Shown here one piece after another: positions 36,152-46,161 of a stretch of DNA of 64,000 nt. The translations under genes were made by a program, and so were the position numbers. The notes beneath the pieces are model-generated. The model worked only from the letters and a program-made list of their open reading frames with translations. It was not told the origin of the DNA and made no database searches. The DNA is from Longimicrobiales bacterium (GTDB taxonomy: Bacteria; Gemmatimonadota; Gemmatimonadetes; Longimicrobiales; Gaopeijiaceae), in assembly GCA_965204735.1 (NCBI GenBank), contig OZ242008.1, positions 1,856,001 to 1,920,000 on the forward strand, read 5' to 3'. Numbering within the stretch: the stretch's first letter is position 1; the number at the start of each line of letters is the position of its first letter.

Positions 36152-38011
36152 TGTCGTACCAATTTAGAAATGTCCGGTCTTACCAAGATAGAAATGTCCT
36201 CTTTCGGGCGATGTTCGGCGGGAGTCGAACTCGTGCCCGGGAGAGGAGCGAATGGAGTTGAGCTTGAAGGAGCGGGACCGGATCTCGGTGTTGAGGCAGG
36301 TGAGCGAAGGCGTGCTGGCGGCGGCCGACGGCGCGGCGCGCTTCGGGGTGACGGAGCGTCACTTCCGGCGCGTGCGCCGCCGGTTCGAGGCGGCGGGCGA
36401 CGAGGTGGTCGTGCACGGGCTCCGGGGTCGGAGGTCGAACCGGTCGCTGCCGTCGGAGACGCGGGAGCAGGTGCTGGTCATGGCCAGGGACCCCGACTAC
36501 GCCGACTTCGGCGCCACGTTTCTGGCGGAGCACGTCGAGCGGGAGCTGGGCGTGCGCGTCAGCGCGGAGACGCTGCGGGCATGGCGGAAGGGCGCGGGCT
36601 TGTGGCAGCGCAAGCGCAAGCGGGCGAAGCACCGGCGCCGACGGCCGCGTCGCGCCGCGCGGGGCGAGCTGCTCCAGTGGGACAGCTCGGTTCACGCCTG
36701 GCTTGAAGACCGGGGGCCGCCCGACCTCGTGCTGATCGCGCTGCACGACGACGCGACGAGCGGGTTCATGCACGGTCGCTTCGTCGAGCGCGACACGGGC
36801 GCCGCGAATCGGCGAGCGATCGTCGAGTGCCTCGAACGCCACGGACGGCCGAGGGCGGTATACGTGGACCACGCGGGCCACTTCGGGCAGCGCCTCGGCC
36901 CGGAGGGCAAGCGGACCCGGACGATCATCGGCACGGCGCTGGAGAAGCTGGGCGTCGAGGTGATCCTGGCGAACTCGCCGCAGGCGAAGGGCCGGGTCGA
37001 GCGGACGTTCGGCACGGCGCAGGACCGGCTGGTCAAAGAGATGCGCTTGGCGCGAGTCACCACGCTCGAGGCGGCGAACCGCTACTTGGAGGAGCGGTGG
37101 GTTCCGTTCTGGAACGAACGCTTCACGGTGGCGCCGGCCGATCCCCTCGACGCCCATCGCCCGCTGCCTCAGGACATCGATCTGGAAGCCCTCTTCGCCG
37201 AGACGGACACGCGGGTCGTGGCCCGCGACTTCACCGTGCGCTTCGAGAACCGCTTCTGGCAGGTCACGGCCCGCGACGCCGAGGCGGCCGGCGTCGCGCC
37301 GGGCTCCCCCGTCGTCGTCGAACGGCGCCTCTCGGGCGAGCTGCGCTTCCGGCATCGCGGCTGCTACCTGACGCCCAAGGCCTTGGGGGCGGTCCGGTCG
37401 GCGACGCCCAAGCCGGCGCCGGCGCCCGCGACGGCCAAGCCCAGGCCCAAGCCGCCGAAGCCGGGAAGGGATCACCCGTGGCGCAAGCACTTCAGCGCCA
37501 GCGTGGCCCAGGCCGTGGCCAAGCGGGAACACCGCGCCGCCCACTCCAACGGGACCGGTCCCGAGCGGTGCAGGACCTCGTCCTGAGCCCGCAGGCGGGG
37601 ACGGCGGCTCGCACCCCCCTTCCCGCAAAGGTCGGACGCGACCGCAGTGTCGGCATCCGTGCCTCCGAGGCTTGCCGGCGCTGCGCAGGTCGCTCGGCGC
37701 ACCACGACCGTCCGAGCTGGCAGGCTCAGTGCGAACTGCGAGCCATCGGGGCAGCAGTGTCCGGACCCGTCCGCGTTGGCGTCCACCCGGCCAGAGCTTG
37801 GCCACGGCGACGACCTCGACTCGCCCGGCCGCCACTGGCCTTGAAGCGCCCGGAACAGGGCGCCCGGCGCCGTCCAGCCCAGGCTTGCTGGATCCGCGTG
37901 TCCTGCGCCCGACACCTGGCCCCCGGCCTCAGGAAGAACCCACCGTCCACACCATCAGGGGGGACATTTCTACTTTGGCCAACTACCGGACATTTCTACT
38001 TTGGCTTGACA
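36152..38011 (+). mobile_element. Complete insertion sequence, IS1202/ISNCY family (1860 bp)
   Basis: TGT...ACA ends; terminal IRs TGTCGTACCAATTTAGAAATGTCCGGT vs reverse-complemented right end TGTCAAGCCAAAGTAGAAATGTCCGGT; second CCAAnnTAGAAATGTCC copy at each end; 16-bp flanking direct repeat; single transposase. Confidence 0.92.
36252..37586 (+). CDS. DDE transposase (ISNCY/IS1202, IS481-related)
   Basis: N-terminal HTH; HGLRGRRSN; GELLQWDSS, HDDAT, YVDHAG and ANSPQAKGRVERTFGTAQDRL catalytic segments. Confidence 0.93.
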   Translation: MELSLKERDRISVLRQVSEGVLAAADGAARFGVTERHFRRVRRRFEAAGDEVVVHGLRGRRSNRSLPSETREQVLVMARDPDYADFGATFLAEHVERELGVRVSAETLRAWRKGAGLWQRKRKRAKHRRRRPRRAARGELLQWDSSVHAWLEDRGPPDLVLIALHDDATSGFMHGRFVERDTGAANRRAIVECLERHGRPRAVYVDHAGHFGQRLGPEGKRTRTIIGTALEKLGVEVILANSPQAKGRVERTFGTAQDRLVKEMRLARVTTLEAANRYLEERWVPFWNERFTVAPADPLDAHRPLPQDIDLEALFAETDTRVVARDFTVRFENRFWQVTARDAEAAGVAPGSPVVVERRLSGELRFRHRGCYLTPKALGAVRSATPKPAPAPATAKPRPKPPKPGRDHPWRKHFSASVAQAVAKREHRAAHSNGTGPERCRTSS

Positions 38012-38027
38012 TTCACTAGCCGCCGGC
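38012..38027 (+). repeat. Right target-site duplication (16 bp) of the IS
   Basis: ttcactagccgccggc. Confidence 0.92.
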
Positions 38028-38029
38028 CG

Positions 38030-38059
38030 TTGACATCGTCCCGATCCGTGGAGTATTAT
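38030..38059 (+). promoter_or_regulatory. Sigma-70 promoter of the rplM operon
   Basis: TTGACA (38030-38035), 18-bp spacer, TATTAT (38054-38059). Confidence 0.8.
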
Positions 38060-38163
38060 TCCAGGCTTTGGACCTTCAGGCCGATTCCTGGAGAACGCGC
38101 GTCCGCAGACGCCGGACGCCGGCTGCAGGGACGGCAAGCCAAGACGCCGAGAACGGGACGACA

Positions 38164-38613
38164 GTGAACAGAACCTTCACGCCGCGAGAAGGGGACATCC
38201 GCCGGAGCTGGTGGGTCGTCGACGCCGAAGGGAAGCCTCTGGGCCGGCTGGCCACCGAGGTCGCCCGGGTGCTGCGAGGCAAGCACAAGACGATCTACAC
38301 GCCGCACCTGGACACTGGCGACCACGTGATCGTGGTCAACGCCGCCAAGGTCGGACTTACCGGTCGAAAGGCGGAGCAGAAGACCTACTTCCGCCACTCG
38401 GGCTACATGGGCGGAGAGAAGCACATTCCCTTCCGCAAGATGCTGGAGCGGTTCCCCGACCGGGTGATCGAGCTGGCCGTCCGGGGGATGCTCCCCAAGA
38501 ACAAGCTGGGCCGAAGGATGCGTCGAAAGCTCCGAGTGTACGCCGGACCGACCCACCCGCACCAAGCCCAGAACCCCCGAGCGCTGGAGATCCGCGCCGG
38601 GCGCGCGTCGTGA
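38164..38613 (+). CDS. rplM: 50S ribosomal protein L13
   Basis: [32 protein letters not shown] and [10 protein letters not shown] motifs. Confidence 0.98.
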   Translation: MNRTFTPREGDIRRSWWVVDAEGKPLGRLATEVARVLRGKHKTIYTPHLDTGDHVIVVNAAKVGLTGRKAEQKTYFRHSGYMGGEKHIPFRKMLERFPDRVIELAVRGMLPKNKLGRRMRRKLRVYAGPTHPHQAQNPRALEIRAGRAS

Positions 38614-39005
38614 GCGCTTCGCAGTCGTGCCGGGCAGTCGGTCGGAGGAAGACCAGCGTCGCGCGCGTCAGCCTTCGCCCGGGCACCGGGAAGTGGAAGG
38701 TGAACGGTCGGGGCCTCGACGACTACTTCCCGCGACCGGCCCACCGGACGCGGGTCGAGGACCCGATGCGGGCGGCCGACGCCGAAGGCCGCTTCGACGT
38801 GGAGGTTCGCGTTCGGGGCGGGGGCCTGACGGGCCAAGCCGACGCGATCCGGCTGGGGGTGGCCCGAGCCCTGGCGGCCGACGACGCAGAAGCGCGCAGG
38901 CCCTTGCGGGAGAGCGGGATGCTCACCCGGGACGCCCGCAAGGTGGAGCGCAAGAAGCCCGGGCGTCCCAAGGCGCGCAAGCGCTTCCAGTTCAGCAAGC
39001 GATAG
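38610..39005 (+). CDS. rpsI: 30S ribosomal protein S9
   Basis: [18 protein letters not shown] and [19 protein letters not shown] motifs. Confidence 0.98.
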   Translation: MSASQSCRAVGRRKTSVARVSLRPGTGKWKVNGRGLDDYFPRPAHRTRVEDPMRAADAEGRFDVEVRVRGGGLTGQADAIRLGVARALAADDAEARRPLRESGMLTRDARKVERKKPGRPKARKRFQFSKR

Positions 39006-39015
39006 GCGTCGACCC

Positions 39016-39909
39016 ATGGAACAAGCCGCCCCAGCCGTGGGGTTGAACGAACTCATCGAGGCCGGGGTCCACTTCGGTCATCAGACCAGGCGTTGGAATC
39101 CGAAGATGCGCCCGTACATCTTCGGCGAACGCAACGGCATCCACATCATCGATCTCCGCAAGACGCTCGATCGCCTCGAGGCCGCCCAGGAGGCGTTGCG
39201 CCGCGTCGTCCTCAAGGGCGAACGAGTGCTCTTCCTCTCCACCAAGCGGGCGCTCAGGACGGTGATCGAGGAAGAGGCGGCCCGGTGCGGCGCCCTCTAC
39301 GTCACGGAGCGCTGGTTGGGCGGAATGCTCACCAACTTCCAGACGATCCGCCGCCAGATCCGTCGAATGAAGGAGCTGGAGCGAGGCCAGGAAGAGAACG
39401 CCTTCGAGTTCTACACCAAGAAGGAGCGTCTCCTCCTGGAGCGGGAGCGCATGAAGCTGGAGAAGTACTTCCAGGGCGTGCGCGACATGGCCCGCCTTCC
39501 CGGCGCCGTCTTCGTGGTGGACGCGAAGCGGGAGATCATCGGGGTGCGCGAGGCGCACAGGCTCGGGATTCCAGTGGTCGCGATCGCGGACACGAACGTG
39601 GACCCCGAGCTCATCGACTACCCCGTCCCCGGCAACGACGACGCCATCCGCTCCGTCAGCCTGATCGTGGGCGCGATCGCCGACGCCGTTCAGGGCGCGC
39701 GTCGCCAGGTGCCCGACGAGCAGCGCAAGCGCCAAGTCGAGATGGAGGCGACCACGTACTCCACCGAGACCGGCGAGAAGTCCGCGGACGGGCGGGAGCC
39801 GCGCCGCCGCCGGCCGCCGAAGAGGCGGCGGCCCAGGCCGGGCGCCGTCGGTCGGTCGAAGGGTCCGGGGTCGAAGGGTCCGGGGGGCGGCGCCAAGGCC
39901 GGCGGCTAG
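39016..39909 (+). CDS. rpsB: 30S ribosomal protein S2
   Basis: [26 protein letters not shown] and PGNDDAIRS motifs. Confidence 0.98.
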   Translation: MEQAAPAVGLNELIEAGVHFGHQTRRWNPKMRPYIFGERNGIHIIDLRKTLDRLEAAQEALRRVVLKGERVLFLSTKRALRTVIEEEAARCGALYVTERWLGGMLTNFQTIRRQIRRMKELERGQEENAFEFYTKKERLLLERERMKLEKYFQGVRDMARLPGAVFVVDAKREIIGVREAHRLGIPVVAIADTNVDPELIDYPVPGNDDAIRSVSLIVGAIADAVQGARRQVPDEQRKRQVEMEATTYSTETGEKSADGREPRRRRPPKRRRPRPGAVGRSKGPGSKGPGGGAKAGG

Positions 39910-39926
39910 AGGGGACGGAAACGACG

Positions 39927-40520
39927 ATGCAGATCGGCGCGCGGCTGGTGAAGGAGCTTCGCGACCGCACGGGCGCGGGAATGATGGAGTGCAAGAAGGC
40001 GTTGCAGCAGACCGGCGGCGACGTCGAGGCGGCGATCGACCTGTTGCGCAGCAAGGGCGCGGCCAAGGCCGCCAAGCGTGCCGGCAAGGCCGCCAACGAG
40101 GGGGTCGTGGCCAGCTACGTCCACCACGGCGGGCGGATCGGCGTCCTGCTGGAGCTCAACTGCGAGACCGACTTCGTGGCCGCCACCGAGGAGTTCCAGC
40201 GCTTGGCCAGGGACTTGGCCATGCACGTGGCCGCCGCCGACCCCGTGGCCGTCGACGCGTCGGGACTGGACCCGGCGCTCGTGGAGCGGGAACGCGCCGT
40301 CTACCTGGAGCAGGTGGCGCAGGAGGGAAAGCCGGACCACGTCCGAGACCGGATCGTGGAGGGCAAGCTTGCCAAGTTCCGCAGGGAAAGGGTCCTGCTG
40401 GAGCAGGCGTACGTGCGGGACCCGGACCGGACCGTGCGGGATCTGGTCACCGGCGTCTCGGCCAAGACCGGGGAAAAGATACAGGTCGGCCGCTTCGCCC
40501 GCTTCCAGATCGGCGCATAG
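39927..40520 (+). CDS. tsf: Elongation factor Ts (short form)
   Basis: [19 protein letters not shown] and [10 protein letters not shown] motifs. Confidence 0.97.
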   Translation: MQIGARLVKELRDRTGAGMMECKKALQQTGGDVEAAIDLLRSKGAAKAAKRAGKAANEGVVASYVHHGGRIGVLLELNCETDFVAATEEFQRLARDLAMHVAAADPVAVDASGLDPALVERERAVYLEQVAQEGKPDHVRDRIVEGKLAKFRRERVLLEQAYVRDPDRTVRDLVTGVSAKTGEKIQVGRFARFQIGA

Positions 40521-40521
40521 C

Positions 40522-40557
40522 CTCTCGTCCGGCCGTGAACTCCCGTCCGGCCGTGAA
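40522..40557 (+). repeat. 18-bp tandem duplication that duplicates the pyrH GTG start
   Basis: ctctcgtccggccgtgaa / ctcccgtccggccgtgaa. Confidence 0.7.
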
Positions 40558-41269
40558 GAGGAGCGCCGGCTACAGCCGAGTCCTTCTCAAGTTGTCCGGC
40601 GAAGCCCTTTCGGGGGAGCGGGGCTACGGCGTGGACCCGCACGTCGTCGACGGAATCACCGACGAGGTGCGGGCCATCCACGACCTGGGCGTGTCCCTCG
40701 GGCTGGTGATCGGCGGCGGGAACATCGTGCGCGGCGCGGTCGCGAGCAGGGAGGGGGTGGACCGGGTCTCGGCGGACTACATGGGGATGCTCGCCACGAT
40801 CGTCAACGCCTTGGCGGTTCAGGACCTGCTCGAGCGAAAGGGCGTGGACACCCGGGTGATGACGGCGATCCGGATGGAGCAGGTGGCCGAGCCCTACATC
40901 CGCCGTCGAGCGATCCGCCACCTGGAGAAGGGCAGGGTCGTGATCTTCGCCGGCGGCACGGGCAACCCCTACTTTTCCACCGACACGGCGGCAGTTCTGC
41001 GCGCCATGGAGATCGACGCCGACGTGGTGATCAAGGCCACGAAGGTCATGGGGGTGTACACCGCCGACCCCTCCACGGACCCGGCGGCCGAGTTCATCTC
41101 CGACATCTCCTTTCGGGAGGTGGTGTCCCGCGACCTGCGCGTCATGGATGCGGCCGCCGTCTCCCTTTGCCGGGAGAACGACCTGCCCATCATCGTGCTG
41201 TCCCTGGAAGACCAGGGCGCAGTGCGAAGCGCAATCCACGGAGACCGGATCGGCACGCTGGTGTCCTGA
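40553..41269 (+). CDS. pyrH: UMP kinase
   Basis: [19 protein letters not shown] and [13 protein letters not shown] motifs; alternative start 40535. Confidence 0.97.
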   Translation: MKRSAGYSRVLLKLSGEALSGERGYGVDPHVVDGITDEVRAIHDLGVSLGLVIGGGNIVRGAVASREGVDRVSADYMGMLATIVNALAVQDLLERKGVDTRVMTAIRMEQVAEPYIRRRAIRHLEKGRVVIFAGGTGNPYFSTDTAAVLRAMEIDADVVIKATKVMGVYTADPSTDPAAEFISDISFREVVSRDLRVMDAAAVSLCRENDLPIIVLSLEDQGAVRSAIHGDRIGTLVS

Positions 41270-41316
41270 TCCCCGTCCGCAGAAGAGGGGCGGATCGGCC
41301 CCGGGAAGGAAGCAAG

Positions 41317-41868
41317 GTGCGCTTGCCCGAAGACGCCAAGAACAGAATGGAAGACGCGCTGGACGCGGTGCGCCGGGAGTTCGCGACGGTGCGGACCGGC
41401 AAGGCGACCCCGGCGATCCTCGACTCGGTCCGGGTGCCCGCCTACGGCGGCCAGATGCCTCTCGACCAAGTGGCCACGATCACCGCCCCGGATCCCTCGC
41501 TCCTTGTGGTCCAGCCCTTCGACCCCTCGCTGCTCGAGGCGGTGGAGAAGGCCGTGCGCGCCTCGGGACTCGGCCTCAACCCCTCCAACGACGGGTCGCT
41601 GGTTCGAGTGCCCATCCCGTCCCTGACGGAAGATCGGCGCAAGGAGTACGCCCGCCTCCTCCACAAGCTCGCGGAAGACGGCCGAGTCTCGGTCCGCCAC
41701 GCCCGCCACGCGGCCAACGACGAGATCAAGGCGCGGCTCCGGGACCACGAGATCGGCGAGGACGAGGCGATGAGGCTGCGCAACCAAGTCCAGAAGCTCA
41801 CCGACGAATACGGCAAGAAGATCGCTCTCCTCCTGGAGGCGAAGGAGAGGGAGGTAATGGCGATCTGA
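41317..41868 (+). CDS. frr: Ribosome recycling factor
   Basis: VRTGKATP, LGLNPSNDG and LTEDRRKE motifs. Confidence 0.97.
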   Translation: MRLPEDAKNRMEDALDAVRREFATVRTGKATPAILDSVRVPAYGGQMPLDQVATITAPDPSLLVVQPFDPSLLEAVEKAVRASGLGLNPSNDGSLVRVPIPSLTEDRRKEYARLLHKLAEDGRVSVRHARHAANDEIKARLRDHEIGEDEAMRLRNQVQKLTDEYGKKIALLLEAKEREVMAI

Positions 41869-41904
41869 AGAAGCTCGCGACCACCTCGCCTTCTCGGTTC
41901 AGCG

Positions 41905-42666
41905 ATGCCTGACGGGCCGCCGGACCACTCCGGCCCTCTGGACGGCATCCGAGTGGGCGGCCGCGTGCCGCGCCACGTGGCGGTCATCATGGACGGCAAC
42001 GGTCGCTGGGCGAGGGCGCGGGGTCTTCCGAGGCACGCCGGGCACCACGAGGGAATGAAGGCGGTTCGGGAATCCGTGACTGCGGCCTTGGCCGCGGGCG
42101 TCGACATCTTGACCCTCTACGCCTTCTCGACCGAGAACTGGAAGCGCCCCAAGACCGAAGTCGCGGCGCTCATGGGCGTCCTTCAGATGTACGTCGAGAA
42201 GGAGCGTCGCGCCCTGGCCCGAGAGGGCGTCGAGGTGCGGGTCCTGGGAGAGACCGAGCGCCTGGACGCCCTCTCCCGCAGGGCCGTGCGCCGGATCGAG
42301 GAGACGACCCGCGGCGGCCGCGAGCTGCGGCTCAACCTGATGATCTCGTACGGAGGGAGGGAAGAGATCGTCCGCGCCGCGCGCAACTTGGCGGCGGAGG
42401 CGCGGGCCGGACGGCTCGCGCCCGAGTCCGTGGACGCCTCCCGCTTCTCCGCCGCCCTCTTCACCAAAGGCCTTCCGGACCCGGATCTCCTGATCCGCAC
42501 TTCCGGCGAACTTCGGATAAGCAACTTCATGTTGTGGCAAGTGGCCTACACCGAGCTCCACATCTCGCCCGTGCTCTGGCCCGACTTCACCCGAGAAGAC
42601 TTCTACGGGGCCTTGCTCGACTACCAGCGCCGCGACCGCCGCTTCGGCACGGTCACGACGGCGTGA
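41905..42666 (+). CDS. uppS: Undecaprenyl diphosphate synthase
   Basis: HVAVIMDGNGRWA, YAFSTENWKRP and IRTSGELRISNFMLWQ motifs. Confidence 0.97.
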   Translation: MPDGPPDHSGPLDGIRVGGRVPRHVAVIMDGNGRWARARGLPRHAGHHEGMKAVRESVTAALAAGVDILTLYAFSTENWKRPKTEVAALMGVLQMYVEKERRALAREGVEVRVLGETERLDALSRRAVRRIEETTRGGRELRLNLMISYGGREEIVRAARNLAAEARAGRLAPESVDASRFSAALFTKGLPDPDLLIRTSGELRISNFMLWQVAYTELHISPVLWPDFTREDFYGALLDYQRRDRRFGTVTTA

Positions 42667-42699
42667 GCCCGCCGCTTCGGCGTCGCCAATCGTCGGCCG

Positions 42700-43572
42700 A
42701 TGTCGCCTGAGCTGCGTTCGCGGGTGTTCGTCGCAGTGGTCGGCCTTCCGCTGGGGTGCGGCGCCGCCTTCGTGGGGGGCTGGTTCTTGGCGGGCCTGGT
42801 CGCGTTCTTGGCGGCAGTGGCGGCCCACGAGTTCTACTCGCTGGCGTCCGCCAAGAGCGGACAGCCCTTGGGCTGGTTCGGCATCCCGGCCGCCGCGGTG
42901 CTGGTCTTGGCCGCCCAGCACGATCTCGTGTTCTCGGAGTGGGGCGGCCTGGCGCTGGCGCTTCTGATGGTGCTGGGACTGCTGACTTCCGCGGCGGTCG
43001 TCTTCAACCGACGCATCGAAGACGAGCCGCTCCTGTCGGCGTCGGCGACGGTCTCGGGAGCGCTCTACACCGGGGGCACGCTCTCGTTCGCGATCCTCCT
43101 CCGGAACCTGCCGGAGGCCCGGGGGACGTTTCCCGCCGAACCCTGGGAGGGGGCGCTCCTCCTGATCTTTCCCCTGTGGGTGACTTGGGCGGGGGACACT
43201 GCGGCGTACTTCGCCGGGCGAAAGCTGGGCCGAGTGCGCCTTGCCCCCCGCATATCGCCGGGCAAGACGGTGGAAGGCGGGATCGCCGGACTGGCCGGAG
43301 CGGTGGCCGCGGGTCTCGTCGCCGGCTTCGTGCTGGACGGGTACCGGAACTTCCCGGTGACTCCGCTGGCCGGCGCGGCCGTCGGCCTCTTGCTGGGCGT
43401 CGCGGGCCAAGTCGGCGACTTGGCGATCTCGGTCCTCAAGCGGGAAGCGGGCGTCAAGGACTCGGGCGCGCTGCTGCGCGGGCACGGGGGCGCGCTGGAC
43501 CGCTTCGACGGACTCTTCTTCACGATCCCGCTGGCCTATGCGCTGATCCTCGTGATCCAGGTCCTGCCTTGA
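42700..43572 (+). CDS. cdsA: Phosphatidate cytidylyltransferase
   Basis: ISPGKTVEG and KREAGVKDSGALLRGHGGALDRFD motifs. Confidence 0.95.
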   Translation: MSPELRSRVFVAVVGLPLGCGAAFVGGWFLAGLVAFLAAVAAHEFYSLASAKSGQPLGWFGIPAAAVLVLAAQHDLVFSEWGGLALALLMVLGLLTSAAVVFNRRIEDEPLLSASATVSGALYTGGTLSFAILLRNLPEARGTFPAEPWEGALLLIFPLWVTWAGDTAAYFAGRKLGRVRLAPRISPGKTVEGGIAGLAGAVAAGLVAGFVLDGYRNFPVTPLAGAAVGLLLGVAGQVGDLAISVLKREAGVKDSGALLRGHGGALDRFDGLFFTIPLAYALILVIQVLP

Positions 43573-44735
43573 CGCGACGGAGGGTGGCGGTCCTGGGGGC
43601 CACGGGTTCCGTGGGCATGACGACTCTGGACGTGGCCCGCCGGCACCCGGAGCGCTTCCAGGTGGCGGCCCTGGCCGCCGCGCGCTCGGTGGACAGGCTG
43701 GAAGCGCTCGCGGCGGAGTTCGGGGTCGCCCACGTGGCGGTGGCCGACCCGGCTGCGCTGGACGCCCGCGCCCCTGCGCGGGCCGGCTGGAGGTCGGGTC
43801 CACGCTCCGTCGAGGAGATCGCCCGCCTTGCCGAGGTGGAGATCGTGGTCAACGCGGTGGTGGGAGCCGCGGGGCTGCGGGCGACCCTGGCGTCCCTTGA
43901 AGCGGGGAAGCGCTGCGCGCTGGCCAACAAGGAATCCTTGGTGGCCGGCGGCGAGCTGGTGACGGCGGCGGCTCGCCGGGGCGGCGGGGAGCTGGTGCCC
44001 GTGGACAGCGAGCACTCGGCGATCCACCAGTGCTTGGCCGGCGCCGCGCCGAAGGACCTTCACCGGGTGATCCTGACCGCCAGCGGAGGACCGTTTCGCG
44101 ACGCCTCGCCGGCGCGCCTGGAGGCGGCCGGCCCCGAGACGGCGCTCCGCCACCCCACTTGGCAGATGGGCGCCAAGATATCCATCGACTCGGCGACGCT
44201 GGCCAACAAGGCGCTCGAAGTGATCGAGGCCCACTTCCTCTTCGGCGTGCCCTACGAGCGGATCGAGGTGGTGATCCACCCCACCTCCGTGGTCCACTCC
44301 TTCGTCGAGCTCGTCGACGGCTCCGTGCTGGCGCAGCTGGGCGAGCCCACGATGGAGCTGCCCGTGCTCCACGCCCTCGTCTGGCCAGACCGGGCCGCCG
44401 ATCCGGCGCTGCGCACCTTCGATCCACTGGCGTCGTCGCCCCTGGAGTTCGAGCCGGTGGACCGCCGGCGCTTCCCCCTCTTCGAGCTGGGCGTCTCGGC
44501 GGGCCGTGCTGGCGGTGCCGCGCCGGCGGTCTTCAACGCCGCCAACGAAGTCGCGGTCGAAGCGTTCCTCCGAAGACGGGTTACCTTTTCGGGCATGGCC
44601 CGGGTCGTGTCCGCCGCTCTGGAGGCGCTGGACGGGAGATCGGCCCACGACCTGGAATCGGTGCTCGATGCGGACGCGAGCGCTCGCCGCGTGGCAACGG
44701 CGGAAGTCGAGGCGACGGCCCGCCGGACCGGTTAG
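43569..44735 (+). CDS. dxr: 1-deoxy-D-xylulose 5-phosphate reductoisomerase
   Basis: LGATGSVG, LANKESLV, PVDSEHSAI and HPTWQMGAKISIDSAT motifs. Confidence 0.97.
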   Translation: MTRRRVAVLGATGSVGMTTLDVARRHPERFQVAALAAARSVDRLEALAAEFGVAHVAVADPAALDARAPARAGWRSGPRSVEEIARLAEVEIVVNAVVGAAGLRATLASLEAGKRCALANKESLVAGGELVTAAARRGGGELVPVDSEHSAIHQCLAGAAPKDLHRVILTASGGPFRDASPARLEAAGPETALRHPTWQMGAKISIDSATLANKALEVIEAHFLFGVPYERIEVVIHPTSVVHSFVELVDGSVLAQLGEPTMELPVLHALVWPDRAADPALRTFDPLASSPLEFEPVDRRRFPLFELGVSAGRAGGAAPAVFNAANEVAVEAFLRRRVTFSGMARVVSAALEALDGRSAHDLESVLDADASARRVATAEVEATARRTG

Positions 44736-44765
44736 AGCTTCCCGCGAAGCAAAGGAGGAACGAAG

Positions 44766-46112
44766 ATGACGATGGTCGTGGCGACGATAATCCTGCTGGG
44801 CGTGTTGATTCTAGTGCACGAGCTGGGCCACTTCTGGGCCGCGAAGGCCGTGGGAGTGGGCGTCGAGCGGTTCTCCATCGGTCTGGGACCCCGCTTGTGG
44901 GGCTTTACCCGAAAGGGAACCGAATACGTGGTCGCAGTCGTTCCGCTGGGCGGCTACGTGAAGATGCAGGGGATGAACGACGAGATGATGGAGCGAATCG
45001 AGGGCGGCGAGGCGTCCGAAGCTCCCCGGGAGCCCCACCCGGGCGACTTCGACGAAAAGCCCCTTTGGGCTCGGGCGTTCGTCATCTCCGCGGGCGTGAT
45101 CATGAACATGCTGTTCGCGCTGGTGGTCTACACGGGCGTGTACGCGGTCTGGGGAAGCCAGGACTACGCCACGACCCGGGTCCAGGCAGTCGAGGCGGAC
45201 TCGCTGCCCGCCGGCGCCGAGGCGCTTGCCGGGATCGCCCCGGGAGCCACCGTGGTCCGGGTGGGGTCCGAGACGCCCGAGTCGTGGGGCGCCCTCCTCG
45301 ACGCCTTCGTCCACGCCCCGGAAGGCCCGCTTCAGGTCGTCACGGAGGAACCGTCGGCCGTCCTGCGGATCGACGGGCCTGCGAACGAAGCGGAACGCCG
45401 ACGTCTGGCGGCGTCGCTGGAGATGTGGCTTCCCCCCAAGGTGGGCGCGATCGAGCGCGGAGGACCGGCGGCGACGGCCGGCTTGGAGGTGGGCGATGTG
45501 ATCGCCAGCGTGGCCGGCGCCGAGGTGTCGAACTGGGGGGACCTGCAGCGGGAGCTGTGGGCGCGCCCCGGGGAGCGAGTGGAGCTGGGGGTGCGGCGGG
45601 GGGACGCGGGGCTGACCCGGGTCGCGGTGCTGGACGACGCGGAGGGCCCGGACGGCGAGCGGGTGGGTCTCCTCCGGGTCAGCTCGATGGTCGAGACCGT
45701 GGATATCCCGGTCGGGCCCGGCGAGGCCGTCGCCGCCGGAGTGGCCGAGACGGTGGGAACGACCGGCCTCATCCTCGGGTTTCTGGGCCGCCTCTTCACC
45801 ATGGACGTGTCCCCGCGCGAGGTCGGCTCCATTGGCACCATCGCCGTCGTGTCGGGAAGGGCGGCGGAGGCCGGCATCTCCACCTACCTCCAGTTCATGG
45901 CCCTCTTCAGCATCAACTTGGCCGTCCTCAACATGTTGCCGATTCCGGTGCTGGACGGCGGCCACATGGTGTTCCTGGGCATCGAGCTGGTCCGAGGCCG
46001 GAAGCTGACCGTGAAGCAGCGCCTTCGCTGGAGCCAGGTCGGCCTCGTGGTGGTGCTGGGAATCATGGCGTGGGCCATCGGAAACGACGTGCTGCGCTTC
46101 TTCGGGCTGTAG
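44766..46112 (+). CDS. rseP: RIP metalloprotease RseP
   Basis: HELGH, PLGGYVKM, PDZ region and NMLPIPVLDGG motif. Confidence 0.96.
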   Translation: MTMVVATIILLGVLILVHELGHFWAAKAVGVGVERFSIGLGPRLWGFTRKGTEYVVAVVPLGGYVKMQGMNDEMMERIEGGEASEAPREPHPGDFDEKPLWARAFVISAGVIMNMLFALVVYTGVYAVWGSQDYATTRVQAVEADSLPAGAEALAGIAPGATVVRVGSETPESWGALLDAFVHAPEGPLQVVTEEPSAVLRIDGPANEAERRRLAASLEMWLPPKVGAIERGGPAATAGLEVGDVIASVAGAEVSNWGDLQRELWARPGERVELGVRRGDAGLTRVAVLDDAEGPDGERVGLLRVSSMVETVDIPVGPGEAVAAGVAETVGTTGLILGFLGRLFTMDVSPREVGSIGTIAVVSGRAAEAGISTYLQFMALFSINLAVLNMLPIPVLDGGHMVFLGIELVRGRKLTVKQRLRWSQVGLVVVLGIMAWAIGNDVLRFFGL

Positions 46113-46161
46113 AGCCCTCCGCCCCAGGCCGGCGGACGGCGGCGGGTGCGGCGCCGGCGCG

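Noticed and set aside
39927..40520. Short 197-aa EF-Ts as a truncation
   Set aside because: Short EF-Ts forms are normal in several phyla, and the C-terminal RFARFQIG end is intact.
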